The translations under genes were made by a program, and so were the position numbers. DNA of 64,000 bases, from NCBI GenBank assembly GCA_951406725.2, contig OX597832.1:39680001-39744000 (forward strand). Direction: 5' to 3'. Below the pieces are notes generated by a model. That model saw only the letters and a program-made list of their open reading frames with translations. It was not told the DNA's origin and searched no databases. Each line of letters begins with the position of its first letter. Within the stretch, counting starts at the first letter, position 1. Shown here in pieces: positions 13,943 through 28,174 of the stretch. Source of the DNA: Octopus vulgaris. Its lineage: Eukaryota.

Positions 13943-14231
13943 TATATGTGTCTGTCTGTCTGTCTGTCCTTCTTGTCTCTCCACTACTTGACGACTAGTG
14001 TTAATTTGTTTACGTCCCTGTAACTTAGCGGTTCATGAATAAAGACGGATAGAATAAGTACTAGGCTTTAGTAAAAATTTTTAAAAAAACAAATACAGGG
14101 GACGAATTGTTCGACTAAACCCTTCAAAGCGGTGCACTATCATGGCCGCAGGTTGATGACAAACAAGTAAAAGATATGCGTGAGTAATTATGTTTATTTA
14201 TATGTATATTAATATAAGTATGATACATGGG

Positions 14232-14696
14232 CGTGTACAATAAAATTTAATACGTTCGTGCAGTATCAGACTTGGAAACACTTTCGCAACGGAAATTGTC
14301 TCAGGAGAAAATTCTCCTTACAGACAATATATGTTTTAAAAAACCGTAGGACGCGAGCGTTTCTACATGCTTTTCAGTTCATCTGCTATGGACATTGAAT
14401 CTGTCATTCATAGCCCTGTAAGAAAGAAACCTTCTTACGTGTATTATTTTCTATTTGAATATAAGAGTGGTTGTTTCTTAATGGGCTAGGAACGAGGGAT
14501 TCGGTGTCCGTAGCTGAGGAGAGGAACGACACGGAAACATGTGTCTCCTACGAGGCAAAGACGTCATTCGTAGCCCGGTGATGTTTTCACACGTATTGAC
14601 TAAAAGAAGAATTTTTTCTCTCGAGACAATTTTCGCAGCGAAGGTCTTTTTCCACGTCCGAATGTAAACGGACGTGTTTAATATTATTGCACATAC
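14232..14696. mobile_element. Inverted pair of family P2 copies, each with a decayed hammerhead (14344-14391 minus; 14509-14552 plus)
   Basis: ccatag CAGATGA...GAAAC gctcgc GTC ctacgg (minus) and cgtag CTGAGGA...GAAAC atgtgtctc ctacg (plus); the arms are diverged inverted repeats. Confidence 0.6.
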
Positions 14697-14947
14697 ATAT
14701 ATTTAATAAATGCTATTAATGAACATCTTATATGTGTGTGCGCGCGTGCGCGCGCGTGTGTGTGTGTGTGCATGCATATCTGCGCTCTTCTTACGCTCTT
14801 CTTTTAACTCTTATTTCTAGCAACGTAGGTGCGTCGGCACTCTTAGTCACGCTTAGTGGCGATTGAATCTTTCCCTTATGGTGCCACATTGCGCTTAGCT
14901 GTTTGTATTAATTCTATATGTATGTGTGCGTGTGTGTGTGTGTGTAT

Positions 14948-15000
<53 letters not shown>

Positions 15001-15119
15001 CACGTATGTATGTTTTAGTTGCGTGTGAAATGCGGAGGCGCGTGCATTGTGTCTATGTATGCGTGCAGCGTATAAAATAAAGCCTAACTCATGTAACGTG
15101 CATTTTATACACATTAAAA

Positions 15120-15290
15120 GGAGCGGGAGTGGATGTGAGGTAAGTAGCTTGCTTACCAACCACATGGTTCCGGGTTCATTCCCACTGCGTGGCACCTTGG
15201 GCAAGTGTTTTCTACTAAGGCCTCGGGCTGACCAAAACCTTGTGAGTGGATTTGGTTGACGGAAACTGAAAGAAGCCCGTCGTATATATG

Positions 15291-15335
<45 letters not shown>

Positions 15336-15540
15336 CTGTGTCTGTGTTTGTCCCCCCCAACATCGCTTGACAACCGATGGTGGTGTGTTTACGTCCCTCG
15401 TCACTTAGCGGTTCAGCATAAGAAACCAATTGAAGAAGTACTAGGCTTACAAAGAATATGTCCTGGGTTGGATTTGCTCGACTAAAGGTAGTGCTTCGGC
15501 ATGGCCACAGTCAAATGACTGAAACAAGTGAAAGAGAAAA
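15120..15540 (+). mobile_element. SINE family B, full length
   Basis: Head ggagcgggagtggatgtgaggtaag through tail gaaacaagtgaaagag. Confidence 0.9.
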
Positions 15541-15635
15541 GAGAATTAAATCGTATGTCTTTTGTATGTGAATGTGTTGGCGTGTGTGTGTGCGTGTGTG
15601 TGTGTGTATGTGTGTGTGTGTGTGTGTGTGTATGT

Positions 15636-15804
<169 letters not shown>

Positions 15805-16329
15805 GCCTCTGCTATTTAACACCACGACACCGATGGTCCGGTAGACGTATGACTAAAATCGTTCCAGACATGTCCATCCCTGCGTCCAATGTGTTTCTTA
15901 GACAGTGATATGTGATTTGAAGGAAGTTAGGACATTTGGCATCTATTCCTAGAAGGTCGAGCAACATGGTAGAAGCTTCTCTTTTAATAAAAAGTCACAT
16001 GACATTTCGCTTTTTCTGTGGTCGTTGTCAGTGTTGTTGTTGTTATGTTTCTGTCGCAGTTGTTGATCATGTTTCTGTGTTTTTTTTTTTTTGGTTTTTT
16101 ACGATGACGATGATGACAATTGCGTTGTTGATGGCGATGGTATTTCTTCTAAAATAATTACTTCAGACGAGAAAAAAAAATGTAATTAAACATTAATTTC
16201 TTTCTGTTTATTTTTATTTTTCCTGTTTTTTGTTTTTTTCTTGTATTCAGTCTTTTCTTTTCTGACTTCTACTTTCTATCATCATCATCACCAGCATCAT
16301 CGACCTCGTCGTCGTCATCGTTGTCGTCA

Positions 16330-17069
16330 TCTTTTTCTTCTTCTACTTCTACTTCTACTTCTACTTCTACTTCTTCCTTTTCTTCTTCTTCTTTTCTTCT
16401 TCTTCTTTTTCTTCTTCTTCTTCTTCTACTTCTTCTTCTTTATCTACTTCTTCTTCTTTTTCTCCTTCTTCTTCTTTTTCTCCTCCTCCTTCTTCTTCTT
16501 TTTCTTCTTCTTCTTCTTCTACTTCTTCTTCTTTATCTACTTCTTCTTCTTTTTCTCCTTCTTCTTCTTTTTCTCCTCCTCCTTCTTCTTCTTTTTCTTC
16601 TTCATCTTCTTCTTCTACTTCTACTTCTTCCTTTTCTTCTTCTTTTTCTCCTCCTCCTTCTTCTTCTTTTCTTCTTCTACTTCTACTTCTTCCTTTTCTT
16701 CTTTTTCTCCTCCTCCTTCTTCTTCTTTTTCTTCTTCATCTTCTTCTTCTACTTCTACTTCTTCCTTTTCTTCTTCTTTTTCTCCTCCTCCTTCTTCTTC
16801 TTTTCTTCTTCTACTTCTACTTCTTCCTTTTCTTCTTTTTCTCCTCCTCCTTCTTCTTCTTTTTCTTCTTCATCTTCTTCTTCTTCTTCTACTTCTACTT
16901 CTTCCTTTTCTTCTTTTTCTCCTCCTCCTTCTTCTTCTTTTTCTTCTTCTTCTACTTCTATTTCTTCCTTTTCTTCTTTTTCTCCTCCTTCTTCTTCTAC
17001 TTCTACTTCTTCTCCTACTTCTTCTATTTCTACTTCTTTTTCTTCTTTTTCTTCTTCTTCTTCTTCTTC

Positions 17070-17070
<1 letters not shown>
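16330..17070. repeat. Compound (CTT/CTA/CCT)n pyrimidine tract with higher-order duplications, followed by (TAT)n
   Basis: Direct reading; this tract is the source of the low-complexity ORFs 16241-17248 and 16321-17214. Confidence 0.95.
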
Positions 17071-17116
<46 letters not shown>

Positions 17117-17340
17117 GCTGTTGTTGTTATTATTATTATTATTATTTTCTTTTTCTTCTCCTTTTCATCTTCTGCTGCTGCTGCTACTGCTGCATCTACT
17201 GTTGTTGCTTCTGACTGTTATCTTCTCAGCATTAACTTTTTCTTTTAATTATCATATACATTTATTTGTTTGTTATCTCGAGTCGCCTGTTTGCAATCTA
17301 CATCACCTGCCAATAGAATAACATGTTTTCCTACACATTA

Positions 17341-17391
<51 letters not shown>

Positions 17392-17594
17392 CATTATTTT
17401 TTTAACTGCATGTTTGTTACAATCACTTGCCGAGACACACCAAGCGTCCTAGGGCGAGTGAAGCATAAGAGATGCTACAGTTTGACTGAAAGTTTGAGGA
17501 GATGAAGTGGCAGAGGCAGTAGCGAAATATCTTCATGTACATTATTTACATTGTTTACAATTGACGGATATTTGTCCTCATCTTGTTTGTTGTT

Positions 17595-17640
17595 AACACA
17601 ACGTTTCGGCTGATATACCCTCCAGCCTTCATCAGGTGTT
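17595..17640 (-). ncRNA. Minimal type I hammerhead ribozyme with intact core
   Basis: Minus strand: aacac CTGATGA a ggctgg agggtata tcagcc GAAAC GTT gtgtt. Stem I is aacac/gtgtt, stem II is ggctgg/tcagcc, and stem III is the palindrome AACGTT. Confidence 0.85.
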
Positions 17641-17778
17641 TTGGGGAAATTTCGAACCTGGGTTCTCATTCCTAAGGCAGGCATTTTTTCGATGTTGTTG
17701 TTGTTGTTGTTATTATCATAATTATTATTTCGGAATCTTGGGGTTAGTAGCCTGCGCTCTTAACCACTACTCTATATG

Positions 17779-17820
17779 CACCTGATGAAGGCTGGAGGGT
17801 ATATCAGCCAAAACGTTGTG
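17779..17820 (+). ncRNA. Second copy of the P3 hammerhead, with G12-to-A substitution (probably inactive)
   Basis: cac CTGATGA aggctggagggtatatcagcc AAAAC GTT gtg. Confidence 0.7.
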
Positions 17821-19405
17821 TTAACAACAAACACGATGAGGACAAATATCCGTCAATTGTAAATAATGTAAATAATGTAAATAATTCCTAATTTCTTATA
17901 TATAAAAGTATATCTTCATGTAATACAACACAGCCATTTAAACTGATGGGTTTTCCTAAGGATGTAGGAAGTACTTGTCAGCACAATCTTTTGGATTTCT
18001 CTGAGACATGGTCCTCCTGGGATATTATCTAGATATTTTTGACATCCCTTCTTTATCGTACCTAGGGCACCTACAATAACAGGAACAGTTCTCGCTTTAA
18101 GATGCCACACTTTTTGTATTTCAATTTCCAGGTCCTTGTATTCACTTAATTTGTCAAATTCTGTTACAGGTGTATTTTTATCAGTGCGAAAACTTACGTC
18201 TATTAGTCTACAAGTATTTTCCTCTCCGTCTTTAATTACTATGTCTGGTCGCTTAGCCTGGATCTTTCTGTCGGTGTTGACTGGAAAATCCCAGAGGATA
18301 GTGACATTTTTACCTTCAATGACTGGCTCAAGATGATGTTCGTACTTGTAAGCAGGAGTGCTGAATTTGTAGTGTAGAGATTAACCCTAATCTCTACGAG
18401 AGGGTAGACAGTAGGGTAGGACACCCTACTGTCCTACCCTATCGTAGAGATTTTTTATTCGTTTGGTGTCAGCACAGAACATCCCTAGACGAAATGGTCT
18501 ACTGTTTCGTCAAATGTATCGTAGAATCTCAATTTAGGGTCACAACCGTTTTGAAGAACGTTAGCCTGATAGTTTTTGGGAAGCAAGCTTTGATCTTGTG
18601 CCGCCAATATGAAACCTTCAATCTCTGCTTTCAGTCCTGGATTGTTTCTAGGTCTACATCAGTATTTCAGCTTCGAAGTATATATTGTCCATGCAGAGGC
18701 TTCTGTTTCTACCACTCCTTAATATTCTGCCCGTGTCTGTTCGTTCATTTTTTTTTTTTTTGCAGCCTATTTGATCCGTTTTGCTCATTTGGTGACAGTG
18801 GTTTCAGTGTACCCAGGACTACATGCATTATCCAATATATAATTTTCTTTTTTTAAGGCAGTGACGTTTGCTTTGAAGAAGACTTGACTGTTGTTTCTAG
18901 CGACCATGTAAAGGTTCCTTCCTTGAATGTTATTCTAACACCGATGATACCAGTTGCTTTTCGATGAGAAAAAATAGCTCGAAGCTTAGTGAGAGGAATA
19001 CAAACAAACCGCTGATATCAGTGCCACCACCACCATTACCTCTATCACTGTCATCATCATCACTTCCACCAGCATCATCATCATCAACGACCAACATTAG
19101 TATTAACACTAGCATCATTACTACCACCACCACCACCACCACCATCATGACTCAATACATACAACTTATATAACCGAGTCAATAAACATAAAAACAATTT
19201 AAAGCCGTATTTCGAAGATAATATTTCCAAATTCTTTCATCTGTCTTTAGATAACGGTTTTTTGACGAGAGCGAGGGAGAAAAAAACTCACATGCATGTT
19301 GAAAAACTATCGACGACAGAAGAGTTAGAGTCTATGCGGAGTCATGTGATAACCCGTATTTAAAAATCAATAACTGCCTGATATCCTACTGACACAACAT
19401 ATAGG

Positions 19406-19812
<407 letters not shown>

Positions 19813-19931
19813 CATATATATATAGATATATATAGATAGATATATATACATACATATATGTATATATATATATATATTTTTTTTTTTATTCTAGTTTCAG
19901 CTTATGAGCTGTGGCCATGCTGAATGTATAA

Positions 19932-19977
<46 letters not shown>

Positions 19978-20685
19978 TATATATATATATATATATATTA
20001 AATATACATGTATGTGTGCGCGCGTGTGTGTATGTACATTATAAAATATTATGTTATAGAAACAATTATATTATACACTCGTAATGATGAAATTATCAGG
20101 CGTAAGACACTCAGGTGGATAGAAATAAGTAGAGGGAAATGTCAGCTGACTGCGCTTAAGTATTGGACATTTAGATACCTAGATAAAGGTTGGAGAGGAA
20201 AATGCACCAAAGAAGAAAATTGACCAACCGCAGACAGCCACATGATAATAGACCAACCACAGTCACGAGATAATATACACCATCACAATGATAAAATACT
20301 GATGTATAATTCTTCAACATCCTTGAATCTCTTTAGAGTAAAATAACTTTAAAGCATAAACTCGAGACATTGGTTGGAATATTCCATTATTGAAAACACG
20401 ACATCAATGAATCAATGAATAGGTCGCTGTGAAGTCACTCGACATGATAGAAATAGCGGCCGAGTATCCCTGAAGCTATTATTTTAGTACCTCCACCAAT
20501 CGTCTCTCTATTTGCCATCACTTATTTCGTAACTCCACCTTTCAAACCTAGCCATTTTATCTAGTCTTTGCTCCCCAGAACATCGACTCAGTAGAGTCTT
20601 GTCCTTGTTCATTGTTTTTCCAACATTTTGACATGTTGCAAGAGTTTAAACACAACATCAATGACAAGCTCATCGATTTCACATG

Positions 20686-21849
20686 ACTTCCAGACGTCAT
20701 GTATATTCCTCCAGGCTCAGTCATGTATATTCCTCCAGACGTCATGTGTATTCCTCCAGACTCAGTCATGTATATTCCTCCAGACGTCACGTATATTCCT
20801 CCAGACGTCATGTATATTCCTCCAGACGTCATGTATGTTCCTCCAGGCTCAGTCATGTATATTCCTCCAGACGTCATGCATATTCCTCCAGGCTCAGTCA
20901 TGTATATTCCTCCAGACGTCACGTATATTCCTCCAGACGTCATGTATATTCCTCTAGACGTCATGTGTATTCCTCCAGACTCAGTCATGTATATTCCTCC
21001 AGACGTCATGCGTATTCCTCCAGACTCAGTCATGTATATTCCTCCAGACGTCACGTATATTCCTCCACACGTCATGTATATTCCTCCAGACGTCATGTAT
21101 GTTCCTCCAGGCTCAGTCATGTATATTCCTCCAGACGTCACGTATATTCCTCCAGACTCAGTCATGTATATTCCTCCAGACGTCACGTATATTCCTCCAC
21201 ACGTCATGTATATTCCTCCAGACGTCATGTATGTTCCTCCAGGCTCAGTCATGTATATTCCTCCAGACGTCATGCATATTCCTCCAGGCTCAGTCATGTA
21301 TATTCCTCCAGACGTCACGTATATTCCTCCAGACGTCATGTATATTCCTCCAGACGTCATGTGTATTCCTCCAGACTCAGTCATGTATATTCCTCCAGAC
21401 GTCACATATATTCCTCCAGACGTCATGTATATTCCTCTAGACGTCATGTATATTCCTCCAGGCTCAGTCATGTATATTCCTCCAGACGTCATGTGTATTC
21501 CTCCAGACTCAGTCATGTATATTCCTCCAGACGTCATGTATATTCCTCCAGACGTCATGTATATTCCTCCAGACGTCATGTATGTTCCTCCAGGCTCAGT
21601 CATGTATATTCCTCCAGACGTCACGTATATTCCTCCAGGCTCAGTCATGTATATTCCTCCAGACGTCACGTATATTCCTCCAGACGTCATGTATATTCCT
21701 CCAGCCTCAGTCATGTATATTCCTCCAGACGTCACGTATATTCCTCCAGGCTCAGTCATGTATATTCCTCCAGACGTCATGTATATTCCTCCAGGCTCAG
21801 TCATGTATATTCCTCCAGACGTCATGTATATTCCTCCAGGCTCAGTCAT
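20686..21849. repeat. Minisatellite of interspersed 21-bp (gtcatgtatattcctccagac) and 24-bp (gtcatgtatattcctccaggctca) units, about 52 units
   Basis: Direct reading; ORFs 20557-21849, 20683-21873 and 20699-21853 are its translations. Confidence 0.97.
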
Positions 21850-22350
21850 TTAAAAAAGTGGCACATTGAATAATATAACTATTCTAGAATAAGATTAATT
21901 GATGGCTGGAATGGCTTTGATCATAAGTTTACTCCCTTATTCAAGATGAGGAAAATAAAAAATATGTTTGACAGCTAAGATGCGTAGTTTACGGTAACAT
22001 TCAGTAACATACTGTAAGTTGCTTATCTAAGCTGTCACACCTAATTGCGTGGTTTGAAAGCAATCAATTCTTTAATATACTTGAACATCAGTCTTTAACA
22101 TTGCAACAAGATTATAACTGTTGTTCGAAAAATCCGACTCGTGACTCTTACTTATTGGACAGTCCCTAAAACCCCTCCGTGTCCCCTTCCATGGTAATTG
22201 ACCCAACAGAAGGATAAGAAATAAAATTAGAATGTTCGAGAATTGCATTCAGAGCCATTAAGATACCTAACAAGATGCTAGATTACATTTAATCCAACAT
22301 TTTGTCTCTTTCCGTCACATCCCCACCGTTCAAAACTTAACGTAATATTG

Positions 22351-22561
22351 ATTTCAGATTCTGACACAGGGCCAGCAAGTTCGGGGGAGGAATCAGTCGA
22401 TTTCATCGACCTCCGTGCTCAGCTGGTACTCTTTTTATCGACTCCGAAAAGATGAAAGCAAAGTCGACCTCGGCGGAATTTGAACTCAGAACGTAAAGAC
22501 GGACGAAATTCCGCTAAGCATTTTGCCCACCGTGCAAACGATTCTGCCAGTTCGCCGCCTT
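22351..22561 (-). mobile_element. SINE A with ~19-bp TSD
   Basis: aaaac(t/c)taacgtaatattg at 22332-22350 and 22562-22580. Confidence 0.9.
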
Positions 22562-22590
22562 AAAACCTAACGTAATATTGGCGGAACGTT

Positions 22591-22809
22591 GAAGGCGGCG
22601 AGCTGGCAGAATCGTTAGCACAACGGGCAAAATGCTTAGCGGAATTTCGTCCGTCTTTACGTTCTGAGTTCAAATTCCGCCGAGGTCGACTTTGCTTCAC
22701 ATCCTTTCGAGGTCGATAAAATAAGTACCAGTCGAACACTGGGGTCGATGTAATCGACTTACACCATCCCAGAAAATTGTTGGCCCTGTGCCAAAATCTG
22801 AAACCAATC
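22591..22809 (+). mobile_element. SINE A with ~13-bp TSD
   Basis: ttggc(g/a)gaacgtt at 22578-22590 and 22810-22822. Confidence 0.9.
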
Positions 22810-23134
22810 TTGGCAGAACGTTAAGTTTGACAGAGCTTTACTAAAAAGCTGGAAAGGTGCGCACAGTGTTTGTTTGTTTGTTTGTATGTGAGCTGTAAAG
22901 AAAAAATATTTGCATGCGCAAGGCTTGTGCTAGAAAACTGCTCAACTACAAGATTTACTTGAATCCACATGAATTCCCAATGAATTCATCTCATCCAGAA
23001 ATCATCTTCCGTTCATAATCCTGGAATTTGAAAAACAAATTAATATATAATATATTAAATTGAATTTACAGAGTATATGACGCGATATACGAAATGGGTT
23101 TATTATCATCATTATTATTATTATAATAATAATA

Positions 23135-23167
<33 letters not shown>

Positions 23168-23333
23168 GCGTGTGCGTGTGTGTGTTTGTGTGTGTGTGTG
23201 TGAATGTACGTGTTTGTATATAATGATTTTGTTGCTTCAAGGAACACACAGCAGAGGTCTCTAATTAGCGATTCATATATATATATGTACATAAATATAT
23301 ATACATAAATATGTGAATGTCTATATGTATACG

Positions 23334-23385
<52 letters not shown>

Positions 23386-23403
23386 ATATAGGTTACATAT
23401 GTA

Positions 23404-23450
<47 letters not shown>

Positions 23451-23454
<4 letters not shown>

Positions 23455-24070
23455 TGAGGGAATATTAATCCTAACTTACAGGGACAAAAACTTAATTTAG
23501 AAATGCTAAATCAAATTTCACACAATATAATATATATACAAAAATTAGAAAAAATCACCTTTTATCAATTCAAAATGAACAATTAAATTACACCATCTAG
23601 AAAATTACATGTAATAGAAATATTAAAATTAAAATAACAATAAAATACCATTGATTAAGTAAATTGAAAAAAAAATAATAAAAACTTATATAATTGGTAG
23701 AATAACGAAACGTGTTTCGTGGCTACATTTAAGAAATGATTATAGTAAAAAAAATTAATAGTAGTAGTAAAATCACTTCGATATAAATATAGCCACTCAT
23801 CAGGTAAAAAATAAAATAGAATAATAAAATAATTAATTAATTAATTAATTATTTTATTATTCTATTTTATTTTTAACCTGATGAGTGGCTATATTTATAT
23901 CGAAGTGATTAATTAATTAATTAATTATTTTATTATTTTATTTTATTTTTAACCTGATGAGTGGCTATGTTTATATCGAAGTGATTGATTAATTAATTAA
24001 TTATTTTATCATTCTATTTTATTTTTAACCTGATGAGTGGCTATATTTATATCGAAGTGATTAATTAATT
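23451..24070. mobile_element. Penelope-like pLTR, family P4 (minus, 23451-23825), plus three tandem inverted half-copies (plus, ~23830-24070)
   Basis: aacctgatgagtggctatatttatatcgaagtgatt occurs three times on + and once on -; junctions are (ATTA)n palindromes; the left end abuts (TA)n. Confidence 0.75.
23703..23807 (-). ncRNA. Hammerhead ribozyme motif with an extended stem II
   Basis: Minus strand: ttac CTGATGA gtggctatattta...taaatgtagccac GAAAC acgt TTC gtta; a further pairing gaagtgatt/aatcatttc lies inside stem II. Confidence 0.7.
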
Positions 24071-24322
24071 CTATGTAGTAAGGTGCAGAAGTAGTATCCA
24101 GTGTTGGCAGAGAGAGGCCCAGTTGGTTAAAAGATTGAGCAAGCTTTGTTGAGTAAGCCTCCTGAATGGAATTCAAGGAATTATACCTGCGATAACATGT
24201 ACTGAGGGGTGAAAACACGTTTTCCTTTGACCATATGGTCAGAAAGTAAGATTATAGTGCAAGTGCCATGGAGAGCGACGCAAGGGGGATAATAAACGAG
24301 TATGTGTTTCTTTGTGTATGTT

Positions 24323-24372
<50 letters not shown>

Positions 24373-24800
24373 CGGTGTGTGTGTGTATGTGGTATGTGCC
24401 TTCTGAATTGCTTTGGTTGTGCAAACGTGCATGTATGTATGTCTGTGTACCTACATATACATATATGTATGTTTGTGTATGTTATTGAATATGTGCATGC
24501 ATGTATATCGATATATGTAAGCCTGTATGTGTATACAGACATACATACACACGCAAATATATTTACATATATATATAATGTATATATAGTACATGTATGT
24601 AATATACATGTATATATATATATATATATATACATATATATGTAGACATGCATATATATATACACACACACACATATATTACATACATATATGTGTGTGT
24701 ATGTGTGTGTGTGTTTGCGTGCGTTCGAATGTGTGTGTGTATTTGTATGTATGTATGTATGTATGTATGTATGTGTATGTAGACAGACATACAGACAAGC

Positions 24801-25050
<250 letters not shown>

Positions 25051-25672
25051 GTTTATCGATCTACACACATCCACCACACATGCAACCACACGTACCATAT
25101 ATTTATGAAACAGTCACCGCCGCCGCCTCCTCTGCTGCTGCTGCTGCTGCTGCCGCTGCTACCGCTGTTATTATTGCTGTTTTAAACTGTGACATGCAGT
25201 CGCATTGAGGGAAAATGTCAAAATTATTTCCAGAAATATACGGATGGCCTGTCATTGCTGCCATCTTTGCAAACATCAATTGCCATCTTAATATTCTTCC
25301 GTGAGGAATTCTTTGATTCTAATTCACGTAGAATTCTATATTGGTCAGAGCAATTTGCCAAATAAAACAGATTCATTTCCAACTCCATACAAAACGTTGA
25401 AATTCCGGTAGTTTTGTATTGTATACACATGTATTATATTTTTTTTTTTTCGTTTTTATTGTATTTATTTATATATCTGTTCTTGTGTTTTATTTTAGTA
25501 TGGAATAGTAATGAAATATCTTGATAGGAATTAAAGATAACGTATATATATATATATATATATATATAAATGGATTATTAATATGTGTGTTTATATATGT
25601 ATGTATACACACTTGCGTGTGTCTATGTGTGTATATATGTGCGTGTTTATGATATATATATATATATGTATG

Positions 25673-25733
<61 letters not shown>

Positions 25734-25828
25734 GTATGTATATATATGTATATATATATATGTATATATATATGTGTGTGTGTGTATGTGTGTATATATA
25801 TATATTGTGTGTATGTGTGTGTGTGTGC

Positions 25829-25862
<34 letters not shown>

Positions 25863-26075
25863 CACGCACATGCACACACACACGCGCGCACTCACACACA
25901 TAGAGAGAGATCAGGATCCACTTGTTTCACCCAGTTGCTACTCGGAGTTTCACTCGCGTAAAGTACACCTACATACATTGACACACACACACACGCGCAT
26001 ACACGCATATGCATAAACATATACGCATACATAGATACATAGATAAACATTTATGTTAGAGTGCATGCAAGTATA

Positions 26076-26106
<31 letters not shown>

Positions 26107-26179
26107 TACAAATATATATACACGTATATATATATATGTGTATATATATGTATATATATATATAAGTATTCATATACAC

Positions 26180-26327
<148 letters not shown>

Positions 26328-26670
26328 TATAAATATGCATCCGTCCTGCATATATATAGATATGAAAATGTATTTAGATGTATGTTCTAAATATCTTTTA
26401 TACGTGTATATGTGTGCGTGTCTGTATGCATTATAGGTGGAACATACAGACAATTTGCTTATCTATACAAAGACAGAATCATAGTCGCATATAGTAATAT
26501 ATTTCTATACATTAACAATGCAACATTTATATGTTTATATATCTATCTATATATGTGTGTGTGTGTGTGTGCGTATGCATGTATGTTTGTATGTATGTAT
26601 GTATGTATGTATGCATGTGTGTTTGTTTGTTTGTATGTATGTATGTGCGCATGTATGTAAGTATATATAT

Positions 26671-26722
<52 letters not shown>

Positions 26723-26799
26723 GTACATATATATATACTTACATACATGCGCACATACATACATACAAACAAACATACAAGCATACATACATACATACA

Positions 26800-26918
<119 letters not shown>

Positions 26919-27009
26919 TATATACAATGTGAGAGATTCTATATATAAATAAATAATTAGAGAGTTGCATATGCCGCAAGATAGATAATTTTTACTTTTT
27001 TGCTCTTTC

Positions 27010-27044
<35 letters not shown>

Positions 27045-27257
27045 AACGCAGAATTACATAAAACACTAAACACACACACACACGCTCACACAATCACAAA
27101 CGCACACACACACACAAAATCGCATTTCTTTCAATAACAAAAAAAATTCTTTAACTTGAAATCTAATAATAATCTAATATTTATTATTACGTACTTTCTT
27201 CCATGATTGTGTAACCCATTCGTTCGTACTGATGATTATATGTGTGCATATAAGTGT

Positions 27258-27290
<33 letters not shown>

Positions 27291-27638
27291 AGTACGTGTA
27301 CGTTTGTGTTTGTTTGTATTTGTATGTGTTATGTGTATCTATGTGTGTGTATTTATGTGTCTGCGTATGCATGCATGTATGTATGTATGTATGTATGTAT
27401 GTATGTATGTATGTATGTATGTATGTATGTATGTATGTGTATGTATGAATTTATGTATGTATGTTTTGTATGGAAGTAAGTATGTATGTATGTGTATGTA
27501 TGTTTGTATGTATATGTATGTAGGTGCGTACCAACGTATGTATGTATTCATGTATGTATGCATGAAAGTATGTATGCATGTATGTGTGTGTATGTATGTA
27601 TGTATATATGTATGCATGTATGTATATATGTATGTATG

Positions 27639-27672
<34 letters not shown>

Positions 27673-28122
27673 TGTATATATATGTGTTTATGTATGTATG
27701 TATGTATGTATGTATGTATGTATGTATGTATGAATGAATGTATGTATGTATGTATGTGTGTAATTATCAGTAAGTACGTATATATATTTGAAGCCAAAGT
27801 CTGACTATATGTTTCAAAATGGCTAGCTCTTTTTATTTTTGTTTTTTCTTTATTGACTAAAATCAGAAAAGATTATTTTGCTAATCGCCATCAGGTGAGT
27901 TCCAAACTGCTGTTGAGGTGAGTGCGATTAATTTTCAGAAAATTTGTGTCTCCACCGCACCACTTCCTGCCACTGTTGGCCCGGGGTTAAATAACATTGT
28001 CATCAACAACAATAGCAACGACTTCACCAGCGATAAAATTCCATGAGAATGAACTTCCTGTTGCAGAATGATTAGGTTTTTTTCTTTCCCTATTTTAGTT
28101 GTGTGTGAGAGAGAGGGAGGGG

Positions 28123-28174
<52 letters not shown>

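Larger units (their letters stand above)
17540..17909. mobile_element. Non-autonomous Penelope-like insertion (family P3) with inverted hammerhead-bearing ends and a 13-bp TSD
   Basis: atatcttcatgta at 17527-17539 and 17910-17922; 17540-17640 is the reverse complement of ~17779-17880. Confidence 0.85.
17390..18850 (-). pseudogene. 5'-truncated R4/Dong-like RLE non-LTR retrotransposon, interrupted at 17540-17909
   Basis: Minus-strand RPDIVI...KY.DLEIEIQKVWHLKARTVPVIVGALGTIKKG...ILRK; the 3' UTR ends in (TAA)n; homologous copy at 44520-45110. Confidence 0.85.

Noticed and set aside
27885-27925. Two AG/GTGAGT splice-donor consensus sites
   Set aside because: No upstream acceptor or exon with a credible ORF; cannot be supported without transcript data.
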